64,000 nucleotides of DNA from Octopus vulgaris (GCA_951406725.2 OX597814.1:129394001-129458000), one strand, 5' to 3'; counted from the first letter of the stretch, positions 50,756 to 63,384 are shown. Numbers and translations: made by a program. The notes: generated from the letters alone by a model not told the origin.

Positions 50756-51118
50756 CGACAAATCGCCTCCCTCCAACAAGTCATTCTAACGAGATGTCTG
50801 CATTGGCTGGGTCATGCTCTCCGTCATCAACCAGGAGAATTCATCTACAAAGCAATTGCCCCAGCTTCCTTTCAGGGTTGGTGAAAGCGATGTGGTGGAC
50901 AACGAAAAACCTGGCTGATGACAGTCAAGGCTGATCTGGAACCCAACCTAGGCCCCCATATCTACGGCATTCGCTGCTGGAATAAGGAGTGGTTGGAGAT
51001 CTCGCTGTCATTAGCCTCAAATCGCCAGGTCTGGTTGGCGTTTGTGAGAGATACAGCATTGAGGATGAATGAAGCCAGCTCAACCCACCCCGGGTGAATG
51101 CTGTCTCAAGACAAGAAG
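50756..51118 (+). mobile_element. 3' fragment of a second RTE family, inserted in the (GAT)n tail of the first; 10-bp TSD
   Basis: RCLHWLGHALR...GW*KRCGGQRKTWLMTVKADLE...LASNRQVWLAFVRD. TSD aaatgatgat at 50746-50755 and 51119-51128. Confidence 0.85.
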
Positions 51119-51916
51119 AAATGATGATGAAACTAAGTAGAATTTTCCTAAACTTCATTTGTTGATTAACTTCAGTAAGTTTTACCAGAACAGCATATGA
51201 GATAGCTAAAAACACATGTATGTTCGAAAGCTACACAAAAAGTACAGTATCTTAAATCTGTGATGCTTTGTACAAAATTCTGGATCTTCAGTCAATAAAT
51301 GACTATCGGGTATAATATTGTCCCTCTGGACATTGGCCTCAGTACAAATACAAGAAGAATACTACTTAATAGTAAATAACTTTTCTGAGTGGATTTTTTT
51401 TTTTCCTTTTTTTCTTTTCTTTCTTTTTTTTTTGGCTTTGTGTCAGTTAATGACTATAAACATTATGAAACTAAGTTTCAAAAGAATTAACACAAAGCTA
51501 ATTGGTCATCTGAAATGACCCATGATAATGCATAATTAATGGGTGGTTTCAGATTGCACTGTGTTGTTTTACATTATCCACTTTTACATTTGTAGGTATT
51601 CAAAGCTAGATTTGTAAATTTTCTCTAACTAGTCTTTGATTTTCATTGAATTCAAACAAGAATTTAGTGCATTTGCCAAGGACACAACCAATACGAACAC
51701 AGTACTAATTACTGATAGACAAACCTGTTTCTTCAGATACTAACTTACAAAGTAGAAAATTAACAGTGTGGTTCACTATAATTTACACTATCATTTACAA
51801 AGGTATAGCTGAGATAAAGGAAGAGTCATTTTAAACTATTTAAGAACACACAAAAATTGTTACATTTACTTTTCATTTATATTTTCATAGTGCGTAGGAG
51901 TACTTAGGTGACTTAT

Positions 51917-52200
51917 AGGCATAGGAATGGCTGTGTGGTAAGTAGCTTGCTTACCAACCACATGGTTCTGGGTTCAGTCCCACTGCGTGGCACCTTGAGC
52001 AAGTGTCTTCTACTATAGCCTCGGGCCGACCAAAGCCTTGTGAGTGGATTTGGTAGACGGAAATTGAAAGAAGCCTGTCGTATGTGTATATATATATATA
52101 TATATGCGCGTGCGTGCGTGCGTGTGTGTATGTATGTTTATACATCTGTGTTTGTCCCCCCAACATTGCTTGACAACCAATGCTGGTGCGTTTTTATAAA
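51917..52200 (+). mobile_element. SINE family A, 3'-truncated
   Basis: Head and body present; tail absent. Confidence 0.8.
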
Positions 52201-52577
52201 CATTGAAAATGCTTTATCATCATCATCACCATTTAACATCCATTTTCCATGCTGGCATGGGTGGGATGGTTTGACAGGAGCTGACAAGCCAGCATAAAGC
52301 TCTAGTGTCTGCTTTGGAATGGTTTCTACAGTTGCCCTTCCTAATTCCAAACACTTTACAGAGAGGGCTGGGTGCTCTTTACTAGGCACCACTACTACTG
52401 AAGTCACCAAGTAACTTGAAAGACAAAACCCCTTCAACTGAAGAAGATGTAGTACTGCTGTAGATGGTTTTTATGCCAAGTGTTGAGAGAGAGGCAGGAA
52501 CAGGTGTCTTGCAGTTGAGGAGATACAGGGCTAAACTAGGTTTGTTTTTTCTTTCTGTTCTTTTTCCTTCTTTTCAA

Positions 52578-52920
52578 CATCATCATCATCATTTAACGTC
52601 CACTTTCCATGCTAGCATGGGTTGGACAATTTGACTGAGGACTGGCAAACCAGATGGCTGCACCAAGCTTCAATCTTGATCTGGCAGAGTTTCTACAGAG
52701 TTTCTAACGCCAAGCACTCCAAGAGTATAGTGGGTGCTTTTACATGCCACCGGCATGAGGGCCAGTCAGACAGTACTGGCAACAGCCACGGAAAAAATGG
52801 GTTTTTTTTTTTTACATGTCACCTGCACACCAGCACAAGTGCCACTAAGGCGACGCTGGTAACGATCATGCTCGAAAGGTGCTTTTTATGTGCCACCTGC
52901 ACATACGCCAGTTAGCCACT
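52578..52920 (-). mobile_element. RTE tail copy
   Basis: Same cassette and modules. Confidence 0.8.
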
Positions 52921-53149
52921 CTTGTTTATTCTTTTTCTTAATTTGAAGTTTGCTTAAAAAGAACTGGACAATTAAAACAGCATGTTGACTAGCTGGCATA
53001 GCATACACGCAGCAACTACAATGTTGTGTATTTAGGACGTTGACCTTCAGTCTCATAACAGCTACATCAAGACATGTCAGTTAGTCATCAATTTACATAT
53101 GCTAGAGTGAATGAATGTTTATTGCACTTGCAGATTTGCAGCAAGTTGA

Positions 53150-54440
53150 ACAATGAAGCATTTGGAAAAGTGACAGATTTGTGCGAAATTCTGTTTCAAA
53201 TTGGGAAAATTTTTACAGAGGAATTTCTAATGTTGTAACATGTCTATGGCGGGAAAAGAATCATTATCATCATCATCATCATTTAACGTCCGTTTTCCAT
53301 GCTAGCATGGGTTGGATGGTTAGACCGGGGTCTGGGAAGCCAGGAGGCTGGACTAGGCTCCAATCTGATCCGGCAGTGTTTCTACAGCTGGATGCCCTTC
53401 CTAACGCCAACTACTCCGTGAGTGTAGTGGGTGTCTTTTACATGCCACCGGCACAGGGGCCAGAGGAGGCTTCCAAACGGCCACGATCGGTTGGTGCTTT
53501 TTACATGTCACCAGCACGGGTATCTTAACTGCAATTTCCATTTGATTTTTATTTTAATGTTGACGTACTTACTCAATAGGTCTCCTCAAGAACAGCAGGT
53601 CACTCTACAATCCAAGGCTGTCCTGCGAGCCATGAATGCTTGAGTTATATGCAATGTCATGAGTGGAACCAGCATTTCAAATTAGGAAGAGCATCAACTT
53701 GGACAACCCAAAATCTGAATGAAATTTCAGGAGAATGGACAATGATCACCTTGCTTAAGTATGTGCTGTCATTTGTGAAAACTGTCACTAAATGTTTTAA
53801 GAAGTATGCATCTGTATAAGCTTATTCCACATGATTTTAAACGGAAAACAAAGATGCATTGCAATGCTGCAAAATTTGCATTGCGTCAACTGAAAAATTA
53901 ACAAAAGGGGAACCCAGTCAGTGTGATTTAGTTCTGATTGTTCAAAAGCTGATGAAAACTTTCTGTAAAGTGTCATAACAGGTGAAAAGACGTGAATTTA
54001 TGTTGCCACAAAAAAAAAAAAAAAAAGCAATCATTGCAATAGGTTGGATCATTATCACTATGACCAAATGAAGTTATGTCAGAATTGCTTGAACACAAAG
54101 GTGATGTTGATTTTGAATGAACAGGCATTATTCATCATGTATTTGTTCTGTGTGGTCAAGCAATCAATAAAGAATTTTACTAGCTGTCTTGAGCCATTTG
54201 AAAAGTGCAAAGGAAGGGGTCTGAGGTATGAACAAAGAAAGCCTAAATGCTGCACCATGACAACATGACTACTCATGCATCACTCCTCATCCGTAACTTT
54301 TTGGCCCTACTCTCAGGATATGGGTCCTGCAAACATTTTATATTTTTTGTTCCCAAAACTGAAATCCACTCTGGAAGTTTGCCAATTTCAGACAACACAA
54401 GAAATCAAAGAAACTTTGCTACAAAAACAGTGCACTACCA
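53150..54440 (+). pseudogene. Decayed mariner transposase (interrupted by an RTE tail)
   Basis: Fragments CAKFCFKLGK, QCHEWNQHFKLGR, VITGEKT*IY, LHHDNMTTHASLLIRNFLA and PYSQDMGPA..FLFPKLKSTL correspond in order to the mariner motifs KFCFKLGK, ITGDETW, LHHDNA and YSPDLAP. Confidence 0.85.
53262..53620 (-). mobile_element. RTE tail copy inserted into the mariner remnant
   Basis: Same cassette, with mariner-like coding remnants on both sides. Confidence 0.8.
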
Positions 54441-54455
54441 CTGAAGATACATTCT

Positions 54456-54803
54456 CATCATCATCATCATCGTCATCGTCGTCATCATCATTTAACATCA
54501 GCTTTCCATACTAGCATGGGTTGGACAGTTTGACTGAGGGCTGGCAAGTCAGAAGGCTGTACCGAGTTCCAATCTGACCAAGCTAAGTTTCTACAGCTGG
54601 ATGCTCTTCCTAATACCAACCACTCCAACTAGTGGGTGCTTTTTACATGCCACCAGCATGAGGGCCAGTCAGGCAGTACTGGCATCAACCATGCTTGAAT
54701 GGTGCCTTTTACGTGCCACTGGCACAAGACCAGTCAGGCAGCACTGAGATCGACCACGCTCGAATGATGCTTTTTATGTGCTGCCAGCACAGGAGCCAGT
54801 CAG
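54456..54803 (-). mobile_element. RTE tail copy
   Basis: (cat)n tail, cassette and three modules. Confidence 0.8.
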
Positions 54804-55383
54804 TGAAATTATTATAGTTCTGTCTTTGAGGATGACAGGACAGGCATCAGCCATAGAAAATCTACCTCAATGAATTATGTCCAACCTAAGCAAGCATGGA
54901 GAAGTTGATGTTAAAACAACAATGATGATGCATCAATGTTTGGCACAAGTTCTACAGCTGAATGCCCTTCCAAACACCAACTCCTTTATACAATGTCCTG
55001 GATATCTTTTGCCATGATACAAACACTTGAAAGGTTGTTATACCTTTCGCCAGGGTAAAGGGTCATCTTGACCCAGTACTTTGCAATCGTGTTACAAAGG
55101 ATACTGTGCTTTACATACTAAACATACACACACACCAACAAATATTATCCAGTAGGTTGGTGTATAATTTCTGTCTAATAAATTTCCCTCATGAAGCTTT
55201 ATCTGAGCCAAGGCTATGGTAGTAGAAAGTTTAAGGTATCATGCAGTGGGACTGATGCTGGAACTAAGTGGTCATGAAGCACAAGCTACTCAAGCACGCA
55301 ACCATACTGTGGCCACCGTTTTCTAAGTATTCACATGTGATATTTATTTCAGGACAACAATCTCAATCTAGTTTTATCAGTTA

Positions 55384-55776
55384 CTAGCAGTATCGCCCGG
55401 CGTTGCTCGGGTTTGTTTCGACCCTTTAGAATTGGAATTTTTGAAAAGTAAAAGTTTTGCATTATGTAGCTTGTTATCCTCTTTAAGTGAACATTTTTCT
55501 GGTTGAAATACACTGAAAAATGGCGACACAGCAGTCAAAAAATCGTAAAAAATTAGGGATTTTCATAGAAAAAAAAGCACCTTTTTGATGTAAATAATTT
55601 TTGGTGTTAACATGGTCCGATTTGAATTTTTTCTTCTACGGAAGGAAGAGCAAGCCTTCTATCATACTCTCAATTTTGGTCAACTTGCGCCGCAGGGTCT
55701 CAGAGGAGATAGTGTTAGTTGAAGGCTACCAAAACTGCCATACACAGACAACTTCAGCTTTATATATAGAGAGAGA
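55384..55776 (-). mobile_element. Non-autonomous Helitron
   Basis: The minus strand starts TC(TCTCTATATATAAAG) and ends with hairpin CCCGAGCAACGCCGGG plus CTAG. It sits between host A and T with no TSD. Confidence 0.85.
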
Positions 55777-56814
55777 TTATATAGGGCAACAATTAGGAAG
55801 TTTTTGTGTCATCACATTGCTTGCTAGAAATGACCACCCATATTTGTTTCAAAACATAATTTAGTGTCTTAAAACAAACGACACATTGCAAAATATACTT
55901 CTCCAGCGAGAAGACAGAATGCTTTTAATCATCGGTTTGCCAAATCAGTGTTGACCGACAACAAACATGAAATATGCTAACGAGTGAGCATCAGTATAGC
56001 CACCTAAGCTACTAGAAACAGCAACCAAATCTACTTCAAATTACATCATCTTATCTCATATAAAGGCAATTAAATAGAATAGGCCTACATATACCACCCA
56101 CCCAGAAATCATCATGGTTGAAACACATTTGATCATAGGTCGGCTGAATCATGGCCAACCAACAACACAAAATATTACAACAAATGGCATAGCATATCAT
56201 TCTAAATATGATTGGTCAATATTTTCTAATTAAAATTTTATTTTCTAATCATCCAAAATTGTACTACTTTAGGCAAAATTGGGTGTGTTTATATATATAA
56301 ACTCTTAGATAATCAGTTATTTAATATGTGATTGTTTATTTAACCAGGTCATATAGCAGATAAATATTTTATGTTATCTATTATTTTCTAAGTTATCTAT
56401 ACAATCCCTGCTGTTGATCTCTTTTGCTTGTTCCATATCTACAATGTAACAAAAACTAGCCTTCCTCTTTAGAGCCAGAAAATGCTTCACCTCTCAACAG
56501 CGACTGACACCCTACAAAACGAGATCATGGATGGAATACTAATCCTACTTATGGGTTGGTGCTGTTGCTATATATATATGAACAGCCTAGGCCACATGCA
56601 AAAAAGGACACCCATCCCTCACTCCACCTTGAGTTTTTGCCATAGAGTTGTTTACCAACACACTCCAGCAGATGTCCAACAGATGTATTGACACATCATA
56701 TCTCTCTAACACTCACCATCTCTCCCATTCATAGCATGCTGCCACTATAACTATGAATGGCACTGGACCTGTTCATATTCAACTGCTACCAGCACTTCAT
56801 ATTTTATATATATA

Positions 56815-58090
56815 AAGGGCCTTAGAATAAATGTAGCAAAGACCAAAGTATTAGTAAGCAGCAAGAGGTACTCAACACACATCCCCTCGGGTAGGTGGCC
56901 CTGCTCAACCTGTAGGAAAGGTACAGGTAGAAACTCCATAAGATGCACCCAATGTAAGTTATGGACACATAAGAGGTGCAGCAACATTAAAGGGAAATTA
57001 ACAGATAAGATAGCTTTCATGTGCGGCAGATGCACAGGGACAATAGACACAACAGACACTCAGAAAACAGATTCCATCACACTCCAGGGAGAGAAACTAG
57101 AAGTAGTTGATAGTTTCCGCTACCTGGGAGACCAAGTTAGTAGCGGAGGTGGATGCACAGAGAGTATCACCACTAGAATACGAATAGCCTGGGCAAAGTT
57201 CAGAAAGCTCCTACCCCTACTGGCAACAAAAGGCCTCTCCCTCAGAGCAAAAGGTAGATTATATGATGCATGTGTGCGAACTGCCATGCTTCACGGTAAT
57301 GAAACATGGGCTGTGACTGCAGAAGACATGCGTAGACTTGAAAGAAATGAAGCTAGCATGATCCGCTGGATGTGTAGTGTCAGTGTGCACGCAAAACAGA
57401 GTGTAAGTATCCTGAGAGAAATGCTGGATATAAGAAGCATCAGATGTGGTGTGCAAGAGCGACGCTTGCGATGGTATGGTCATGTGCTGCGGATGGATGA
57501 AGAGAGATGTGTGAAGAAGTGCCACTCCCAAACAGTTGAAGGTATCAGGGGGAGAGGTAGACCCAGGAAGACATGGGATGAGGTGGTCAAGCATGACCTC
57601 AGAGCATTGGGCCTCACTGAGGCAATGGCGAAGGACCGAGATCTCTGGAGATATGCTGTGACTACAAAGACCCGGGCTGCTTTCTGCAGCAATTCCACAT
57701 ACCCCCTACCCATTCTAAGTACCCCCTACCCATTCTAAGTACCCCGGATCCCCAAAGTACCCCGGATTCCCAAAGTACCCTGGATCCCCAAAATACCCCA
57801 ATCCCCAAAGTACCCCGGACCTCGTTGCCCCCGTGCCGCTGACACGTTAAAATGCTCGAATCCGATCGTGACGATGCCGGACCCTCCGGCCCCTGTGCAG
57901 GTGGCACGTAAAAAGCACCCAATCCACTCACGGAGTGGTTGGCGTTAGGAAGGGCATCCAGCCGTAGAAACTCTGCCAGATTCAGACTGGAGCCTGGAGC
58001 GGCCCCTGGCTTCCCAGACCCGGTCAAACCGTCCAACCCGTGCTAGCGCGGAAAGCGGACGTTAAACGATGATGATGATGATGATGATGA
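56815..58090 (+). mobile_element. 5'-truncated RTE-type LINE with intact frame, PHD-like finger, 3' UTR and (GAT)n tail
   Basis: Open frame 56815-57738: KGLRINVAKTKVL (end of RT), C4HC3 finger, LEVVDSFRYLG, RRLRWYGHVLRM, RGRGRPRKTW, AKDRDLWR. The tail ends gttaaac(gat)n and both flanks are (TA)n. Confidence 0.93.
57701..57818 (+). repeat. Minisatellite in the RTE 3' UTR (20-bp unit x2, then ~18-bp unit x4)
   Basis: accccctacccattctaagt twice, then accccggatccccaaagt-like units. Confidence 0.9.
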
Positions 58091-58115
58091 TATATATATA
58101 TATATATATATATAT

Positions 58116-58285
58116 GCGTAGGAGTGGCTGTATGGTAAGTAGCTTGCTTACCAACCACATGGTTCCAGGTTCACTCCCACTGTGTGGCACCTTGGGCAAG
58201 AGTCTTCTACCATAGCCTCGGGCCGACCAAAGCTTTGTGAGTGGATTTGGTAGACGGAAACTGAAAGAAGCCTGTCGTATATATG

Positions 58286-58322
<37 letters not shown>
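58116..58322 (+). mobile_element. SINE family A, 5' half
   Basis: gcgtaggagtggctgtatggtaag... up to the internal (TG)n. Confidence 0.85.
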
Positions 58323-58324
<2 letters not shown>

Positions 58325-58452
58325 ACATTTTAGTACTTGGATTGACTTAGGTGCTCTGTGTTCAAGAGATCAATAAAACCTGTACCAGACCAAGCACTAG
58401 GGTTGACAAAAGTACAAAAGACAAATTTAAAATGTAAACTAATTGTACTTAC

Positions 58453-58719
58453 TTGGATTGGTTAAACCTTTTCGGATAGATTCCACCCATATTTGGCAAG
58501 TTGTGCTGTCTCTACAGCGAAATGTTACTTTACGTTCGCGCCACTTATGATGACCAATTCTACGGATGTGAAACACCGAAAATACATGGGGCTTAAGGGT
58601 TTGCATTTCCACAAAAAGGGTACTCGAATCCTTTGATGAAAACCCATTGCTACTGCTGTCATATTTTTCTGTTGTTACTCCGATTACTTCATTCAGTTCA
58701 ATTGTATATCGGTTCTGGG
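58453..58719 (-). CDS. CERK: Ceramide kinase internal exon, PH domain (267 nt, phase 1-1)
   Basis: Acceptor tttaatttcAG and donor GTAAGT. Encodes QNRYTIELNEVIGV...VFHIRRIGHHKWRERKVTFRCRDSTTCQIWVESIRKGLTNP, which resembles the basic loop and C-terminal helix of the CERK PH domain. Joins the next exon in frame (NP-K-FRRPK). Confidence 0.9.
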
Positions 58720-60015
58720 CTGAAATTAAAAAACAAACACAAATAAAAATTATAAGCTTTCTAAACAAAACAACAGCATGAAGGATGAATCAGTACAGAT
58801 AACTTGTAATATTTGGCCCAACCCCTTTACTTTATGTTCTAAATTCCATCTCATCCACCTTCAAATCAACTTCATCTATCAGCCTTCTGAAACTGATGAG
58901 CTATAGTACAATCATCATCATTGGTTTAATGTCCACTTTTCAGTGATTGCATGGGTCAGACAGAGTTTACTGAGGCAGATTTCTCCACAGCCCAGATGGA
59001 TGCCCTTCTTGTCATTAACCTTCACTTATCTCCAAGTGAGGGAATATTTCTCTATAGTCAGACATGTTCCAGCAGAATATAGGAAATGAATGACATCCAT
59101 TTACAGCAATCACATGATATTAGAACAAGGAGACACATACATATACAAACACTTCATGCATACAATACACACACAAAACATACAAACAATACAAACAACA
59201 CAACACAACCAAACACAATACATACACACACACACACATGCATACATATACACACACATACACAACATACATACACACACATACATACATATACATCCAT
59301 TTACATAGACATACATACACATACATATACATATACATGATAGGCTTCTTTCAACTTCTGTCAACCAAATCCAATCACAAGGTTTTGGTCAGCTCGAGGC
59401 TATAGCCAAAGACAGTTATCCAAGGTGTCACACAGTGGGACTGAACCCAAAACTATGTGGTTGGGAAGCAAACTTCTTAACCACACAGCCATGCCTGCAC
59501 CAATCAATGCATCAAAAAAGAAAAAAACCCTTGGTATTTGGTTATGTCCCTTTATATTCTACTGATGTCTCTTATGCCCAGATTGCCATTGCTTTTCGAT
59601 GTAATGTGTTGATAACATGAGTACCAATAAGGTACTAGGAGTCAACATAATCAACTATAGACTTGAAAGCAGTGCCCCACCTTGGCTACAGACCAATGGC
59701 TGAAACTAGTAAAAGAATTAAAAGCAATAAATATATAAATAAGAAATTAAACAAATATGACAAAAACTCGCACAAATGACGTTTCTTATTTAATTAATTA
59801 TTTACATTCCACGCACCCCTGAATGAGAGGCTTATGCAAATTTTAATATTTACATTTCAATTGTTGGCTGCAGGCCAGTCTTACCTTTTGCTAACAAATA
59901 CAAGCAAGCAATTTTCTCTTTACAAGATCGCTCGATCAGCTAGAAATAGCAGCCAAACTTCACTCAAATCATACAGACCATCCGACTTTTGCCAGCTTGG
60001 AAAACAGACATTAAA

Positions 60016-60172
60016 CCCTTTTGTTACTGTATTTATTTTGAGATGCTCTGTGTTTCTTTCAATTATTTTAAATATAACAAGGAAGTTAGTAAAATAGCTT
60101 AGTTATCATTAAGCTAGTATTAGGAACATAAGTTGTGACTAAATGGTTTCAGCCGGGTTCGTAACGAAAGGG
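60016..60172. mobile_element. piggyBac-like MITE inserted at the TTAA of an RTE tail
   Basis: ggaaaacagaca-TTAA(a)-cccttttgttac ... gtaacgaaaggg-TTAA-atgat...(gat)n. Confidence 0.8.
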
Positions 60173-60575
60173 TTAAATGATATAATGATGATGATGATGA
60201 TTTACTTGAACCAGGGTTGATGTGGAGCTTTAAACAACCAGACAGATATAATTTGAGGGAGATACTAGTTTGAGTGGCAAGGGTGTCTACATTGCTAGCT
60301 CATGATTCCCTGACTTGTTTCTAAATAGGACATGGAATCTTACATTGCTTCACATCACTTAGTTACACAGCAGCAGGTTTTGCTTTTCTTTTTAAATATA
60401 TTTTTCTATTTTATCTTTTTTTTTTTTAAAAAAAAAAATTTAGTTGAACGTGGAAAGGCAATGTTTGAGGTTCTACAAGCATATCAGTATGACATTGTCT
60501 GTATTAGGGGGAAAGAATCTCAGAGGATTGACATTGTCTGTATTAGGGGGAAAGAATCTCAGAGGATTACAATTC

Positions 60576-60810
60576 TTATTTCTTTATTGCCCACAAGGAG
60601 CTAAACATAGAGGGGACAAACAAGGACAGACAAACGGATTAAGTCAATTATATCAGCCCCAGTGCATAACTGGTACTTATTTAATCGACCCCGAAAGGAT
60701 GAAAGGCTAAGTCAACCTCGGCGGAATTTGAACTCAGAACGTAACGGCAGACGAAATGCCGCTAAGCATTTCGTCCAGCGCACTAACGTTTCTGCCAGCT
60801 CGCCGCCATT
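60576..60810 (-). mobile_element. SINE family B with 10-bp TSD
   Basis: TSD attacaattc at 60566-60575 and 60813-60822. Confidence 0.88.
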
Positions 60811-62727
60811 GTATTACAATTCGAGGGAGAAAGGACTGCATGTAATGTTTAGAGTGGGACCTGGGAGAAGGAGAGAGACATCAAGAGGATGATAGGTGGT
60901 AGAAGAGTGACTCAGTGGAGAAAATATGCAAATAATTGGTTCAGAAAAGCAGAGGATATTCTAGTTAAAAACAGAAGAAACATCGAGTCTACGAGTAAGT
61001 TGTGATGGATTGGTTCATTAAGTCTTTGTCAAGCAGATAAATGTCCTTCTTATTGCAATTTCGAAAATTTATGCCACCAGTAGCTGCACCATTTCCAGCA
61101 GTGTAAGCAACAACCCAATATCTGACAAAATTAGCTAACACGAGACAGGTTTATCTCCTCAACTCCACATGGGTCCTTGTAATACACAAGCACAAAATTA
61201 TCTTCAGTCTATAGTAGATTAATGAGCCCTAGCCATAGCAGGGATTGAATTATTGACTTTGAATCCCTTTGAGTTTAAACTACACAAATTATTCGTTTGT
61301 GTCATTTAACATGTTTTAGCAGGATTGCCATGTGATTGAGGCTTAGACTTATTTTAACTACAATATCCTCTGCTTTTCTGAACCAATTGGTTGCAGATAC
61401 AACAGGGATGCCATAGCCCAACATAGCTTTGGTAAACATTCAGACACATGCACACACACACACAAACACATGCATGCACACACACACATGCATGCACAGA
61501 TACACACACATGCCCATGCACACACACACACACAACTAGTTTCAGTTTCCATCAACCAAATTCCCTCACAAGGTACTGGTTAGCCAGGGGGCTATAGCAG
61601 AAGAGTCTCTTGCCCAAGGTGCCATGCAGCAGGACTGCAGCTACTGCACTGTACCCAAGATATGGAAATGTGTAAGAAATTAAACCAGTTTGAAGAAATT
61701 TAAAACAAATGACATTGTGAAGATTCAACTGCTTGAGTCTTGACTTTATAACCATAGGTCAGATCTTGGTCTGGCCAGTGTGCTCTGGCCCTGGCCTTGT
61801 TGAAATGTAGTGTGTGCATTAGTCTAAGATACTAAACTGACAAGTGCCACTCCTATTTTACAACTGTGTGATTGGAGCCAAGACAGATACCAAACAATAG
61901 AATAGTTAAATATAAAAAAAAAACAAATATAAATTCCAAGTGCATGAGGAATGTACTGAATGAAGCACAGTAGTGATGATGATGATGAAATATTTAGCTG
62001 CCTGGTTGATTCTATGATTTGGTAAAATATCAAATGAAATGTTTCTGTTAACATCATCCTTTTAAACACAGAGTAATCCATCACACAACACCAACACAGG
62101 CGCCGGATGTTAGCAGATATCAGTGCTTGCGACACACGTCCTGGGGTTGGAGTCTGCCTGAGCAAGATGCTTATCTTAGTCTATCTAGCTGTAAAAATTA
62201 TTTTCACGGTCAAAAAAAAAAAAAAAAAAAATAGTGGCAGGAAATGCCTGCTGCAATAATTCAAAGAAATTTAGATAGACATTATAATATATTGCCACAG
62301 TAGGAGGAGGAGGAGATGCAAACCAGGAAAATTTTGGGAGAAAAATTAAAATAAATAAAAGAAACACTTATCTAAACAGATGTTATTACAACGAAAGGCA
62401 CAAACATAAAATATTCTGAAAGAACAAAGGAATTATTCAGGGAAAATTTTCTTTGTCTTCTCCCCAAAACAACACATTCACACACACATGGAAGATATGA
62501 AAGGAAAACATAAGTCAGCTCTCCAGATACGGTCCTCACAGCAGAGATAATGTAAGTTTGAGACAAATGGTGATTAGCTGTGCAGCAGATGTTCCCAACT
62601 CACCATGCCAACATAGAAAAACAAACATAAAAATATTACTGATGATTATTACTGATCATCATTTGAATCTATTTCTTGGTGATTTAATATATTGTTTAAT
62701 TTACATAATTTTGAAATATAAAATGGC

Positions 62728-62961
62728 AGCACATAAAAAGCACCAATCGATCGTGGCCGTTGCCAGCCTCACCTGGCACCTGTGCCGGTGGCACATAAAA
62801 AGCACTCACTACACTCACGGAGTGGTTGGCGTTAGGAAGGGCATCCAGCTGTAGAAACACTGCCAGACCAGCCTGGTGCAGCCTCCAGGCTTCCCAGACC
62901 CTGGTCAAACTGTCCAACCCATGCTAGCATGGAAAACAGACGTTAAACGATGATGATGATG
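62728..62961 (+). mobile_element. RTE tail copy
   Basis: gtgccggtggcacataaaaagcac...gacgttaaacgatgatgatgatg. Confidence 0.85.
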
Positions 62962-63384
62962 AAAATAGAATAGGTGCAAGCATGGCTGTGTGATTAAGAA
63001 GTTTGCTTCCTGACCATATGGTTGTGGGCTCATGGCACTTTGGCCAAAGCCTTGTGAGTGGATTTGGTAGACAGAAATTGAGGGAACTTAGTCAAATATA
63101 TATTGTATGTATCTATGTGTATGTATGGAGTGAGTATTTGGGTGTTTGTGCCTCCTTTCTTGGCATCATATAATAGTTGTAAATGAGAGTCAGTGTTATA
63201 CAAGCAGTGCGGTTCATGTTCAATATTCTGTGAAAACATGTTTGACCATAGGAAAATATTATTTTGCTTGGAAACAGGTGACTGCCGGCAACAGGAAGGG
63301 CATTTGGCCATAGAAAAGCTACCTCAATAAGCTCCATCTGACTCATGCAAGTATGGGAAACTGCCTCTTAAAATTATGATGATC

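Noticed and set aside
57019-57738. 239-aa ORF as a nested host gene
   Set aside because: It is the C-terminal part of a 5'-truncated RTE ORF. The frame extends upstream past the ATG and the element lacks its 5' end.
59086-59364. Four overlapping His/Thr- or Cys/Val-rich ORFs
   Set aside because: Degenerate (CA)n/(TA)n low-complexity sequence inside a SINE.
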